IMG/VR virus record: IMGVR_UViG_3300027970_002011
Coordinates: 1-64,000 of that record
Source: a virus
Direction: 5' to 3' (one strand)
Length of the DNA: 64,000 nt
The translations under genes were made by a program, and so were the position numbers. The notes below the pieces were generated by a model, which was not told the origin of the DNA, made no database searches, and worked only from the letters and a program-made list of their open reading frames with translations. Below, in pieces: positions 29,883 through 39,816 of this stretch; the first letter of the stretch is position 1, and each line of letters opens with the position of its first letter.

Positions 29883-31214
29883 TTAGACTTCATCATCTTG
29901 TGAGAACTTATCCCACATACCTGTTTCCATTTCAGACCAACCATTCGCCTCTAATGACTTTGGTGCAGATACTCCTGTGTCCTTAAAGTTAATGAATTCC
30001 AAGTTTTCCATGGTTCCTAAACATTCAGGTAGACTTGTTAGTTGAGGATTACTCATAACACCTAAAATATTCAAGTTGTTCAACTGACAAATGTAATCAG
30101 GTACATTATTAATACAATTTACCAACACCAAGTGTTTAAGATTTTTGAACCTTGTAATTGAAGGTGGGATAGTGATAATAGTACCAGCGTTGTCTTTATT
30201 CTTAATTTTGATTTGTTCTAATGTATCAGGTAATGAATTAAACAATTCTTCCAATCCATAAAGACCTACAAACTTACCAACAGAACCTGAACCAAATCCA
30301 TCAATCTTCAAATCTTTACCAGAACCTGCCGTCAAACCTTTTGCAAATTCAGGTTTGAAGTATTGCTTAAGTTCTGCCATAGGACCGTTTAATAAGTCCA
30401 CCAAATTAACACTTCTATCATCTTTATCCATAAACTGATTAGAAGGGAAGTGAAATTGGTATCTTTCAATTGGTAATCCTGTTTGTGCAGATATCTTAGG
30501 GTCATTTGGATTGTACACAACATATAAAGGTCCGTCCTTGATGTAATTGTTAAACCAACTTAAACCAGGTGCAGAAGTACACCATCTCGTCTCTTGTTGA
30601 TTACCACCATAGAAACATGCAGCTTCTTTACCTCTTTCACCCTTATCTTCAATTTTTACAACTTTCCATGTTTCACCATCATAACTTGAGTCAGCACCAG
30701 GGTGAACAGGAAGACTCTTTCTTTCAGCCTTTGTTGTTACCGCCAAAGTTAAATCAAAGTCCTTAATCGCATCATATAATGCATCCACACTCAATTTATT
30801 AATATCTCTTTGTTCAACAGGAACTCTACCCTTAAATCTGTGAAACTTTTTCAAGTCATCAGTAACCTTATAAAGGTCTTCCATGAAACGGTCTTTCATG
30901 ACCTTTACTTCCTGGTCAAAACCATAATCACCAAATGCACGTTCTGTTGTAGGATTTAAATATTGTTTGATTAACCACGGTGTGTATTCACCAACTTTAA
31001 CCTTTTCCAATTCTTCTTTAGTTGCATTGTCTAAATTAACATTATTCAATCTTGATGTAGGGTCGGCATTGATAAGTTTGTAAAGCTCATCTTTTTTCAT
31101 TTTTGGAGCAATAACGTTCTCACCCTTTTTATTAGGTTTTACATACTTGTTCATCAAGATTTCAAATCTTGACTGTTCTAAAATTATTTGTTTTAATACT
31201 GACGTGAATTTCAT
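29883..31214 (-). CDS. Protein with WCT (PcfJ-like) domain and C-terminal leucine-rich repeats
   Basis: AACFYG...TRWCTS...F..Y..DGPLY; IPPSITRFKNLKHL, VPDYICQLNNLNIL, LPECLGTMENLEFI. Confidence 0.75.
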   Translation of the reverse strand: MKFTSVLKQIILEQSRFEILMNKYVKPNKKGENVIAPKMKKDELYKLINADPTSRLNNVNLDNATKEELEKVKVGEYTPWLIKQYLNPTTERAFGDYGFDQEVKVMKDRFMEDLYKVTDDLKKFHRFKGRVPVEQRDINKLSVDALYDAIKDFDLTLAVTTKAERKSLPVHPGADSSYDGETWKVVKIEDKGERGKEAACFYGGNQQETRWCTSAPGLSWFNNYIKDGPLYVVYNPNDPKISAQTGLPIERYQFHFPSNQFMDKDDRSVNLVDLLNGPMAELKQYFKPEFAKGLTAGSGKDLKIDGFGSGSVGKFVGLYGLEELFNSLPDTLEQIKIKNKDNAGTIITIPPSITRFKNLKHLVLVNCINNVPDYICQLNNLNILGVMSNPQLTSLPECLGTMENLEFINFKDTGVSAPKSLEANGWSEMETGMWDKFSQDDEV

Positions 31215-31257
31215 CGTTATTATGTTTAATAATAAATATACAACCTTACAAGAAATA

Positions 31258-32106
31258 TTAATAATTCATTATTAATAACTCTTCTCCCATATTTTGTGTT
31301 TTACCTTTTTTTGCCGCTGCCGCTTTGGCAAACTCTTTTTTTACCCAACGATATTGGTTTTCAGGAAACCAATCGTGTAATAATTCAAAGTCATAGTAAG
31401 ACAACGAGAACTTACCTTGAACTTTTTGGAGAACATTTGCCAATCTTTCGTGGTCTTTCCTATCAAAGTCATGATTAGAATAATATGAACCTTCGCCAAC
31501 AATATAATATGGTGGGTCTGTGTAAAAATATGTTTCGGGTGAATCATATTTTTCAATAACAGTTTGAAAATCCATATTTTCAATATGGGTTATTTTCAAA
31601 AAATGTTCAATCCAAATTGGTTTACTTAATTTATTTTTGAAAGAAGTGAATTTTGAATGGTATTTACCTTTTAAATCAATAAATTTTGATTTTTCAGGAT
31701 TTGCACCTGAAAATACTTGAGATATTACATAAGCATATTTAGCAGCAACCTCATAATCAAATTGTTTTATAATAAAATTTTTAGCAAATATTTCGATTTG
31801 AAAACTTACAAATTGTTGTTCGCAAATAGAATTAGTTGGTGTTACACCTTTTTTTTGGACTTCTATTTTTTCACATTCTTTTAATAATTTATCAGGATTA
31901 CTTAAACACTGAAATAAATTGTAATTAAGAGGATTAAAGTCATTATAAACAACTTTCTTTAAATTAGGGTATTCTTTTAATTCCATATTAAAAAATACCC
32001 AAAACATACCTGAAAAAGGTTCAACATATGTTTCAATGTCTTTAGGAATAAATGGTACAATCCATTTACCTATTTTAGATTTTCCACCAATATATGATAA
32101 TGCCAT
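31258..32106 (-). CDS. D12-class (Dam-like) DNA adenine methyltransferase
   Basis: YIGGKS, YVEPFSG, VYNDFN and FYTDPPY. Confidence 0.92.
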   Translation of the reverse strand: MALSYIGGKSKIGKWIVPFIPKDIETYVEPFSGMFWVFFNMELKEYPNLKKVVYNDFNPLNYNLFQCLSNPDKLLKECEKIEVQKKGVTPTNSICEQQFVSFQIEIFAKNFIIKQFDYEVAAKYAYVISQVFSGANPEKSKFIDLKGKYHSKFTSFKNKLSKPIWIEHFLKITHIENMDFQTVIEKYDSPETYFYTDPPYYIVGEGSYYSNHDFDRKDHERLANVLQKVQGKFSLSYYDFELLHDWFPENQYRWVKKEFAKAAAAKKGKTQNMGEELLIMNY

Positions 32107-32107
32107 T

Positions 32108-32719
32108 TTATATTATTTGTTTGAATTTTATAAATTTTCTTTCTAAGAAGGTCACCGCGTTTGAGTAAATATAATCTCTAAATTTCATAATATCCATAAT
32201 TTTACTAATTTTTACGATAGAATAATTTTCATATTTATACGATTTACCATATCCAAAAAAATTAACTATATCATCATTGAAATTATTATTTGAACATATA
32301 CTAACAGAAAATGAATTAGTTCTGTTTTTTACTTTGTGAATACTTCCATCTCCGTCAAAATATCCCCTAATAAAATGAGACATGTGTGGCTCATCTAATT
32401 TTGGTAACAATATTTTTTGAGTTTTATTATTAACACATCCTAACTCAAATAGTTTATTAACTAATAAATTTGAATATAACGTAACCATACAATATTCAGA
32501 TTTACCGTCAACACCACATTTTATTGGTTTTTCACATTCTATGTCTTTAAGAAATTTTTCAATGTGGTTTTTATCAGTATTTTTTAGTTTTAATTTTATC
32601 TCACCACTTTTACCATCTTTCATTCTTACGTAACCATCGGCATATAAAAACCCCAACCAATACGCCGATTTTTCATTTAAATCATGAAAAAAACACTCAT
32701 TAAAATTATATTTTCTCAT
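32108..32719 (-). CDS. Double-motif LAGLIDADG homing endonuclease
   Basis: AYWLGFLYADG and FIRGYFDGDG. Confidence 0.92.
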   Translation of the reverse strand: MRKYNFNECFFHDLNEKSAYWLGFLYADGYVRMKDGKSGEIKLKLKNTDKNHIEKFLKDIECEKPIKCGVDGKSEYCMVTLYSNLLVNKLFELGCVNNKTQKILLPKLDEPHMSHFIRGYFDGDGSIHKVKNRTNSFSVSICSNNNFNDDIVNFFGYGKSYKYENYSIVKISKIMDIMKFRDYIYSNAVTFLERKFIKFKQII

Positions 32720-32864
32720 AATATTCTTTAACTAAGTTTTGAATGAATTTAGATATACTAACTTTTTCGTTTTTTAATTTGTCAAAAAGATGTTTATCAA
32801 TACTAATTCCGTATTTTACTTTTTTATCTTTATCTTCTTTATTAGGTCTTCCAATTTTTGTCAT
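32706..32864 (-). CDS. 52-aa ribbon-helix-helix-like DNA-binding protein
   Basis: Hand translation MTKIGRPNKEDKDKKVKYGISIDKHLFDKLKNEKVSISKFIQNLVKEYYEKI; overlaps the LAGLIDADG start. Confidence 0.7.
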   Translation of the reverse strand: MTKIGRPNKEDKDKKVKYGISIDKHLFDKLKNEKVSISKFIQNLVKEYYEKI

Positions 32865-33044
32865 ATAGTATAAATATTACAAAATATAATAAAAGTGCGT
32901 CAAAAATCAAATTTATCTAACAAAAAACCAAAAGCAAGTTTCCAATGTTAAATTTTTCATCTGACTTGTATTATGTGTAGTAAATGTTATATTTATGTTA
33001 AGAGAGTGTTAACACTTTTCATAAACCAATAAATCTATAAACAC

Positions 33045-33275
33045 ATGAAAAAAATATTTTTGGTTATGATGATGGGATTAATGATATTACCATCATTCGC
33101 TCAAGGCGGAAAAGGAAAGAAGAAACACAAAAGACAACACAATACAGAAGTGATGTCTCCAGTGCGACCAATTCACAGAGAACGTTGGGTTGAACGAAAC
33201 GGTGATTTTTACGTAATTGTATCAAGAACCACTATTACTGAGGAGGATTATAGAAGAATCCAAAACAATAAGTAA
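33045..33275 (+). CDS. Small exported protein
   Basis: Signal peptide MKKIFLVMMMGLMILPSFA|Q. Confidence 0.7.
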   Translation: MKKIFLVMMMGLMILPSFAQGGKGKKKHKRQHNTEVMSPVRPIHRERWVERNGDFYVIVSRTTITEEDYRRIQNNK

Positions 33276-34163
33276 TTAGTCATAACAGTTCTTATAAGGT
33301 CTACAAGAGGCTTTTTGACTGAACCCCATGTCCCCACATGGGGTTTTTTCACAATATGACTTACCATACTTTCTTGGTTTCTTGAACTTACTGTCTTCTT
33401 TAAGTTCATTGCCAGTCTTATAATTTTTAATATCCGTAGAAATTTCAATTACGGTTGAATACAACATCTTAAGAAATTCCCCCCACATTTTAGGGTTGTT
33501 TGTCTTGATGAGCATTAAAACTTGAATTACGTGTGGTAACTCTTCATCTAAGGATTCTGATGAAATATCTAACAGAACATTTTTAGCAATCTCATCAGCC
33601 TCACCTTTAGCTGCAAAATATTTCACCAAGGATTTTAAACTGTTGAGTAACTCTTGTTTTGTTTTAACACCTAAAAGACTTTTATACTCATTGACAATCC
33701 CCTCTAAGATTTCATTACTGTACGCTCTAAATTCAAAATCATGCCCCCAATATTCATCACTACCAGCACTTTTATATTTTTCTATTTGTTTAGGACTTAA
33801 ATAAAGAGTCGTGTTCAAATCATTAACGTGTTGAATTTCGTGATAGATTACATTGTATAGGGACTTCTTATTTGGTATTAAAACTTTATCAGGATTGACA
33901 ACCATAAAAAGGTTATCTAAAGAACGTGGTTTGGTTGGGTCGTGTTGAAAAACTGCCCCCTGTTCACTAAAGTCACTTAAATAATAAACTGGTATATCAA
34001 ACTCAGCACCCGATGGGTCATTGACATAAATTGTACCTTTCAACGGATTTTCATCATCCAAGTCTTCATAGTCTTTCCAAATAACATCAATAACATTTTT
34101 GATGTCGGATATGGTTCTTTGATTTAACTTAACTCTTTTGGAACCCTCGTTGATTGTTTTCAT
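33276..34163 (-). CDS. Putative HExxH zinc metallopeptidase-like protein with Cys-rich tail
   Basis: VIYHEIQHV...EFRAY; tail YCEKTPC...GFSQKASC...NC. Confidence 0.6.
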   Translation of the reverse strand: MKTINEGSKRVKLNQRTISDIKNVIDVIWKDYEDLDDENPLKGTIYVNDPSGAEFDIPVYYLSDFSEQGAVFQHDPTKPRSLDNLFMVVNPDKVLIPNKKSLYNVIYHEIQHVNDLNTTLYLSPKQIEKYKSAGSDEYWGHDFEFRAYSNEILEGIVNEYKSLLGVKTKQELLNSLKSLVKYFAAKGEADEIAKNVLLDISSESLDEELPHVIQVLMLIKTNNPKMWGEFLKMLYSTVIEISTDIKNYKTGNELKEDSKFKKPRKYGKSYCEKTPCGDMGFSQKASCRPYKNCYD

Positions 34164-34179
34164 ACAATCATAAATACCA

Positions 34180-35106
34180 TCAATTAGAATTCAAATCAGA
34201 TTTGTTGAACTTAACTCTCAATTTGACATACATATCCCCTGTTGGGTAACCTTTACCTTTAAGTCTTAAAGGTTTGTTTGTATCAAATTCATTTGGTGAC
34301 GGAATTTTAATATCACCATCAGGGTGTGGGATATGATATACATCATTTTTAAGTTCATCATAATTGAACTCTAAATTATAAATCAAATCATTACCCATCT
34401 TTTGAAACTCTTTTGTGTTGTCCATAACAACCTGAATTATCAAATCACCATAGAAACCATATGAGAAATCACCCTTTTGAGAAATACGTAGGAACTGACC
34501 GTCATCAACATTCTTTGGGATGGTAATTTTAATGGTTTCAAATTTTGGTTTGGTACCAACACCACTACATGAATTACAATATTTTGTTAGGATTGAACCT
34601 GTCGTACCACAGTGTCCACATCCACGTCTAACAACTTGTTGTAAGAATCCTGAACCCATAACTTGAGTAGTGAATCCTTGACCTTGACAGTGATGACACG
34701 TGACTCTATCACCACCACTACCCCTACAATCACCACACGGATGGTTTCGTTGGAAGTTTAAGTCTTTCTCCACACCCTTATACGAATCTATCGGTGTGAG
34801 GTTTAGTTTGACAATCTTATCGGCATTTTTTCTTGGACTTTGTGGTCTTTGACCCCCACTAAACATGTTTTTAAAGAAATCCTCAAATTCAGTTCCATTA
34901 AATGGGTTGTTTTTCTGGCTTAAGTAGTTATTCTTTTTAGTAGGGTCTGAAAGAACGTCGTAGGCTTCGGCTATTTCACGAAATTTTTCACCACCCTCAG
35001 GATTAACATCAGGATGGTATTGTTTAGACAATTTTCTATAAGCACGTTTAAGTTCTTCATCAGTGGCATTGTCCTGCACACCTAATATTTCATAGTAATC
35101 TTTCAT
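34180..35106 (-). CDS. dnaJ: DnaJ co-chaperone
   Basis: J domain with HPD, four CxxCxGxG-type repeats, C-terminal substrate-binding domain. Confidence 0.93.
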   Translation of the reverse strand: MKDYYEILGVQDNATDEELKRAYRKLSKQYHPDVNPEGGEKFREIAEAYDVLSDPTKKNNYLSQKNNPFNGTEFEDFFKNMFSGGQRPQSPRKNADKIVKLNLTPIDSYKGVEKDLNFQRNHPCGDCRGSGGDRVTCHHCQGQGFTTQVMGSGFLQQVVRRGCGHCGTTGSILTKYCNSCSGVGTKPKFETIKITIPKNVDDGQFLRISQKGDFSYGFYGDLIIQVVMDNTKEFQKMGNDLIYNLEFNYDELKNDVYHIPHPDGDIKIPSPNEFDTNKPLRLKGKGYPTGDMYVKLRVKFNKSDLNSN

Positions 35107-35752
35107 GTTAGTAAATCCAAAGTATCAAATAGTTCTTTTCAAAGATAAGGTTAAGAAAAAGATAATAAAGAAGTTTAACAATTTCAAAAATTGTGAAAAC
35201 TTTTTTAATTTATTATTGGAAGAATCTGACAAAGTTATCTTCCCAAAACAAATTGAGGGTACTGTAGAATGTAAATTTGAATTGGGTATACTCCAAGATG
35301 GTTATAAGTCTGATATTCCACAATACACCACCGATGAATTTGGTAGGAATGTCAAAATACAATTGATTGATAATAAATGGGGACTAATTAAGGTATCCAT
35401 ATACAATCAAGAAGAAAAGATTTACGATATCAAAAACAAAAAGAAGGTCACAGTATCACAATTAATTTCAAAACATTTAAGGGGTGACGGTCTAAAGATG
35501 ATTAACTCACTACACAATAAAATCATCATACAAAAAGATGATGATTTTTCAGTATTTACAACTAAGTCACCATCTGAGACATCAAGATTACTTGATTGTC
35601 TTACCGAACACTTTATAAAATCACAAAAGAAAGACTGTCTTATTGTAAAAGACACATCAACGGCTCAGAAAAAATATTTAATAGATTTTTTAAATAGTAA
35701 TGGGTTTGATAAAAAACTACTTTACAGACAATACACTACTTTTCCTCGGTAG
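35105..35752 (+). CDS. Hypothetical basic protein
   Basis: 215-aa ORF, divergent from dnaJ with overlapping ATGs. Confidence 0.75.
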   Translation: MLVNPKYQIVLFKDKVKKKIIKKFNNFKNCENFFNLLLEESDKVIFPKQIEGTVECKFELGILQDGYKSDIPQYTTDEFGRNVKIQLIDNKWGLIKVSIYNQEEKIYDIKNKKKVTVSQLISKHLRGDGLKMINSLHNKIIIQKDDDFSVFTTKSPSETSRLLDCLTEHFIKSQKKDCLIVKDTSTAQKKYLIDFLNSNGFDKKLLYRQYTTFPR

Positions 35753-36011
35753 GCTCCTCAAGAGTTTCTTTGGGAGTTTCCTCAACCTCTTTTTTCAACA
35801 TGAAGTAAAATTCAACACCTGAGATATCAATCAAGAACTGTTTGTGATGTCTATCAATCTCCCTGAAATGACCTAAGATTTTGTCGTATTCGGGTTTATC
35901 TAATTCAAAAACCATCATCCTATCATAATTTGGAAATAGGTCATTGATTGCGTCAGATAACAACGCTAATTTTTCTAATTCCCCCAAAGGAGCTTCTGTA
36001 TTCTGTTCCAT
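35736..36011 (-). CDS. Hypothetical protein
   Basis: ORF in the operon. Confidence 0.65.
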   Translation of the reverse strand: MEQNTEAPLGELEKLALLSDAINDLFPNYDRMMVFELDKPEYDKILGHFREIDRHHKQFLIDISGVEFYFMLKKEVEETPKETLEEPTEEK

Positions 36012-36157
36012 ATTGAATTTTTCGGTTTTTGAAATAAATCAGTTTTTTTCATTTGAATGAGTTGTTGAGTAAATCTTTCCTTTTCCCTCATCAACTCAGC
36101 TTGGTCTTTTTGTTTTTCCTTATTCAGCCAGTCCAATAGTTTCTCCTTGTGGTTCAT
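35975..36157 (-). CDS. Hypothetical protein
   Basis: Helical ORF with amphipathic C-terminus; likely start at MNHKE. Confidence 0.55.
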   Translation of the reverse strand: MNHKEKLLDWLNKEKQKDQAELMREKERFTQQLIQMKKTDLFQKPKNSIWNRIQKLLWGN

Positions 36158-36548
36158 CTGTCTCAACATTTAAATTTGCGGTTTCATCAAATCCAATTGA
36201 AAGATTTTGTAAATGTTTCAAATCAGTTTTTTCAAAAGTCTTTTTCAACTCTGCGACTACATTATGAAATAGTCTCTCTTTCTCTTCTCTTTCTCGGTTC
36301 AACTTAATTACCTTGAGAATCATTTCAACGTTTTTCTGAACAGTCTTTTCATCAAACTCACAAACAAAACTCATTCCTCTCCAACCTTCTTCTTTATAAT
36401 CAAAAGGAACTACTTGAAATTCTGTTGTAGTACTCTTTGGCATTGACCAGTTAGCTGGGAATTTAACATCTAGACTCATATGAGTCTCAAGTCGTCTTAT
36501 TGCAACGAAAAAATTTTCAAACTGATTTAATACTGTATAAAGTGTCAT
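36120..36548 (-). CDS. Hypothetical protein
   Basis: 142-aa ORF. Confidence 0.7.
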   Translation of the reverse strand: MTLYTVLNQFENFFVAIRRLETHMSLDVKFPANWSMPKSTTTEFQVVPFDYKEEGWRGMSFVCEFDEKTVQKNVEMILKVIKLNREREEKERLFHNVVAELKKTFEKTDLKHLQNLSIGFDETANLNVETDEPQGETIGLAE

Positions 36549-36724
36549 GTCCTAATAATATAAGTGATAATATAACTCAAGGAAAGTCCAAAAAACAAAA
36601 GGTCCCTACTGGAGAAATCAATTTCTTTCCCCAATAGGATACCCATGAGCTTAATGAAATTTTTGAATAGGACAAACAATGAAAAAATAAAAATAAATAA
36701 GAACAGTGTGTCCGTATTAAACAT
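36545..36724 (-). CDS. 59-aa two-TM membrane protein
   Basis: Hand translation MFNTDTLFLFIFIFSLFVLFKNFIKLMGILLGK...LLFFGLSLSYIITYIIRT; ATGA-coupled to the next gene. Confidence 0.7.
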   Translation of the reverse strand: MFNTDTLFLFIFIFSLFVLFKNFIKLMGILLGKEIDFSSRDLLFFGLSLSYIITYIIRT

Positions 36725-36725
36725 A

Positions 36726-36899
36726 TTAGTCTTTTTTTGAATGTTCCAAAATTTCAGCTCTTAATTGTTGTAGTAAACTCTTAAGTTCTTGAGCAGATTT
36801 ACGAGCTCTTGTACCAGCGCTCTTGTTACCTTTGTAGAACTTTTCTGAATCAACAGATAGAGTTTCACAAGCTTCCTTAATTTTTTGTAATGTTTCCAT
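36726..36899 (-). CDS. Histone H1-like (Hc1-family) small protein
   Basis: Hand translation METLQKIKEACETLSVDSEKFYKGNKSAGTRARKSAQELKSLLQQLRAEILEHSKKD; GNK.AG.RAR motif. Confidence 0.8.
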   Translation of the reverse strand: METLQKIKEACETLSVDSEKFYKGNKSAGTRARKSAQELKSLLQQLRAEILEHSKKD

Positions 36900-36947
36900 A
36901 AATTATTTTAAATTAAAAATAGTGGATTATGTTCTCTCGTCAATAGA

Positions 36948-37415
36948 TTAACCAATATGAATTACTTTATTTTGTAATGTTTTGTATAATTCGGTTAAAA
37001 TATCTAAATCAGATTTTGCGAACGGTTTATTTAAATCAAACAACTCCTCAATAAATTCAGGAATTGCTTCCCGATAATTACCTTGAGATTGTGAGTAAAA
37101 ACTATCGTGAAAGAAATTCCACAAATATTCTTTGTGCTCACCATCAGAGTCAATCAATATGTTTTCTTTTTCATAATCTTTTATCATTTTACTCCAACAC
37201 CAATCAAAATGGTTCTTCTTATCGTGGTTGGATAATACTACTTTAGTTTCGTGACTTTCCTCACCAAAATATGTATCAATTATTAAAATCGCTAAAGAGT
37301 TGAAGATATCGCCGAAAAGTTCAACTCTTTCCGGGATGATGTTATGCACGCTGAACCATATATCAACTTCACTAAACGGAAGTGACTTGGACATCCAATT
37401 ATAAAAATTCTCCAT
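36948..37415 (-). CDS. Hypothetical protein
   Basis: 155-aa ORF. Confidence 0.75.
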   Translation of the reverse strand: MENFYNWMSKSLPFSEVDIWFSVHNIIPERVELFGDIFNSLAILIIDTYFGEESHETKVVLSNHDKKNHFDWCWSKMIKDYEKENILIDSDGEHKEYLWNFFHDSFYSQSQGNYREAIPEFIEELFDLNKPFAKSDLDILTELYKTLQNKVIHIG

Positions 37416-37460
37416 AGGGTCTCTATGGAGAATTTAATATAAAATTAAAATTATTAAAGA

Positions 37461-39029
37461 TTATTGAGTTTTTTGGTTGTATCCAACGATATTCATCATT
37501 CTTGAAATCTGTTCATTCATAAGATTTGTTTTCTTATCTTCTTTAGATTCCAATTGTTTAAAAATCTTTTCGGATTTTTGAGAACCTTTTTTCAATTTCA
37601 AATCACCATCTTCAGTTCCTTCACCAGCTTGGTCAACAGGTTGAGGATATCTCTTATAAGATGCATTCATTTGTTCTGCACCATATACGTTATCCTTGAA
37701 ATTTTTATACATTTTTTCACCAAGTTCAGATGATACAACATTACCTAAGTCATTACCATCTTTGTCTTTTGTAGCGTTTCCTGTTTTTGAAGAACCTTTC
37801 AAATTTGCCTCAATCCACTCATCATTTGGTTTGATTTCATCATAAACCAAATTTGTTTGACCTGGGTAAGCAAATGCATCAATATACTCTTCAACCGCGT
37901 CTGAAGGTTTGTAAGCTTTCTTATCCATTTCCTTCATTTCACCATTACCTTTAGGGAAATGTTTAGGTTCTGTTGTATATCCCTCAACATTACTATCTTT
38001 AGACCATTTTTCAAGTTTCTCTTTAGTTGCCTTTAAACTTTCTTGGTTTGTATTTTTGTTCTGTTTAGATACTTTTTTCAAGTCAGCATCTGCAGCTATT
38101 TTATTTTGTTCCATAACAAGTCTTTCAATTAATTCAATAACTTCAGATTCTGTCATTTGAACACTTTCGTGTTTAGCACCTTTGAATCCTCCAATGTTTT
38201 TAGCAAAATTAGCCATTTTAACAACTTTACTGTCATCTGACTTCATTGCTTTATCAATACATTTTTTAGTAACTTCACCGTCTTTATCTAAACCTTCTTT
38301 TTTACACCACTGACCAAATTTACCTGAAGTACCTTTCTTTTCCATTTTTTTGGTTACTTTTTGAATAAAATTATCTTTTTCACCTTCTTCACCAATAAAC
38401 ATATGTGATGAATATTCATCATCATCATCTTTGTACTCGTCAAAATCATTATAATCCTTTTTTGGAACCATAGTTTGTTCTTTGTCTTTTTTAGGATATA
38501 ATCCCGTATTTCTTTTTAAAGCATTTTTTATGAAATTGGATAAAAAATCTCCATCATCAGTTTTCTCAGGATAAACTTGACCTTCTTTAACTTCATAAGT
38601 TTTACCGTCAACTTCAAAAGACGATTTACCGTCTTTTTTAGCTTTTGCTAACGCTCCTGAAAACGCATTACCTTCTTCCATATCATTTTCATTGAACTCT
38701 TTCGCAACTTTCCTTTCATAGTTATATCCTACGTTCTTCACTTTACCAACTTTTTTAGGACTATCTGTTGAGAAATCTCCATAGGGTTCAACCTTTTCAA
38801 TTTGGTCATCACCCATAGTGTATTCTTTCATATCTTTTTTAGTTCTTAATTTTTTGAAGTCATCGGCGGTAATTTTACCTTTTGGTTCGGCAACATCAAT
38901 TTTGTGTTGTCCACCATGTAACTTAGATTTTTTTTCAATCTCAGATACAAGATTTCCAACTTTTTTATTTAAAGTTTCATCAAGGACTTGTTTCACAACT
39001 TTATCCAAATATTTTTCAAATCTATCCAT
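37461..39029 (-). CDS. Low-complexity charged protein, putative head-internal protein
   Basis: K/E/D-rich mosaic of short modules separated by hydrophobic-x-E sites; TATTTATA at 39046-39053. Confidence 0.7.
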   Translation of the reverse strand: MDRFEKYLDKVVKQVLDETLNKKVGNLVSEIEKKSKLHGGQHKIDVAEPKGKITADDFKKLRTKKDMKEYTMGDDQIEKVEPYGDFSTDSPKKVGKVKNVGYNYERKVAKEFNENDMEEGNAFSGALAKAKKDGKSSFEVDGKTYEVKEGQVYPEKTDDGDFLSNFIKNALKRNTGLYPKKDKEQTMVPKKDYNDFDEYKDDDDEYSSHMFIGEEGEKDNFIQKVTKKMEKKGTSGKFGQWCKKEGLDKDGEVTKKCIDKAMKSDDSKVVKMANFAKNIGGFKGAKHESVQMTESEVIELIERLVMEQNKIAADADLKKVSKQNKNTNQESLKATKEKLEKWSKDSNVEGYTTEPKHFPKGNGEMKEMDKKAYKPSDAVEEYIDAFAYPGQTNLVYDEIKPNDEWIEANLKGSSKTGNATKDKDGNDLGNVVSSELGEKMYKNFKDNVYGAEQMNASYKRYPQPVDQAGEGTEDGDLKLKKGSQKSEKIFKQLESKEDKKTNLMNEQISRMMNIVGYNQKTQ

Positions 39030-39071
39030 AACGGTCGTTTTAATCTATAAATATCTAAACTTACAGAATGA

Positions 39072-39812
39072 TTACTTTTTCTTCTTTTTAAAATGATTAT
39101 AAAGAATCCTTTTTATTATTTGTTCTTCAACACCCAATCTTGTACTCACATTTTTAATTGCTTCATCTAAAGATGACTTATTTTTGTAAACAACAGCACC
39201 AGCTCCTTGATTACAATATGGGAATGTTAAACATTTCTTTTTAACTTGTGCGAACTTACCACCTTTGTAAATTGGTTTTTTACCACCTCTCCAATTCTTA
39301 TCGTTTTTAGCAACAAATGCCGGTGTTGAATATTGACCCGAAGACGCTGTGGTAGTTGCTTCCGTTGCTTCAATTTTCTTTAAATTATCGTAATAATTTG
39401 GGTCTTCAAAAAGATGGTCTTTAGCAATTTCCATTGCAACATCAACACTATTGGTATGTTCCATTTCAACTTTAATACCTTTCACCAATTGACTCTTCAA
39501 ATGTTTTACCATATCATCAATATGGTCATATCCTTTCTTGTCGTGTTTTTTTGCAATGTCTTTTAATGTCTTGTTTTTTGAAAGACCTCCAGGTATTTTT
39601 TCCTCTTCTTTAGTTTCTTCCTTGGCAAATAATGGTGCCGAAAATGCTCCCGCAGAAGCCGCCCCTGTAGCTTCAGTGGTTTCTTCATTTTCAGTCATCT
39701 CATCAGAATACTTATCTAAATCTGACACAACATCAATATCTTTTGATATTGTTGGGTCGTTTATGTAAGCCTTTTCAAGACTCTGTTTGAATAAATTAGA
39801 TGATGATTTCAT
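39072..39812 (-). CDS. DUF5661-like protein
   Basis: GIKVEMEHT...AMEIAKDHLFEDPNYYDNL; duplicated TEAT...(A/S)G..S.P.F motif. Confidence 0.7.
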   Translation of the reverse strand: MKSSSNLFKQSLEKAYINDPTISKDIDVVSDLDKYSDEMTENEETTEATGAASAGAFSAPLFAKEETKEEEKIPGGLSKNKTLKDIAKKHDKKGYDHIDDMVKHLKSQLVKGIKVEMEHTNSVDVAMEIAKDHLFEDPNYYDNLKKIEATEATTTASSGQYSTPAFVAKNDKNWRGGKKPIYKGGKFAQVKKKCLTFPYCNQGAGAVVYKNKSSLDEAIKNVSTRLGVEEQIIKRILYNHFKKKKK

Positions 39813-39816
39813 TTGA

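Noticed and set aside
7083-32719. Group I introns or inteins hosting the three endonucleases
   Set aside because: Flanking genes appear intact and I saw no intron core or intein termini; treated as free-standing.
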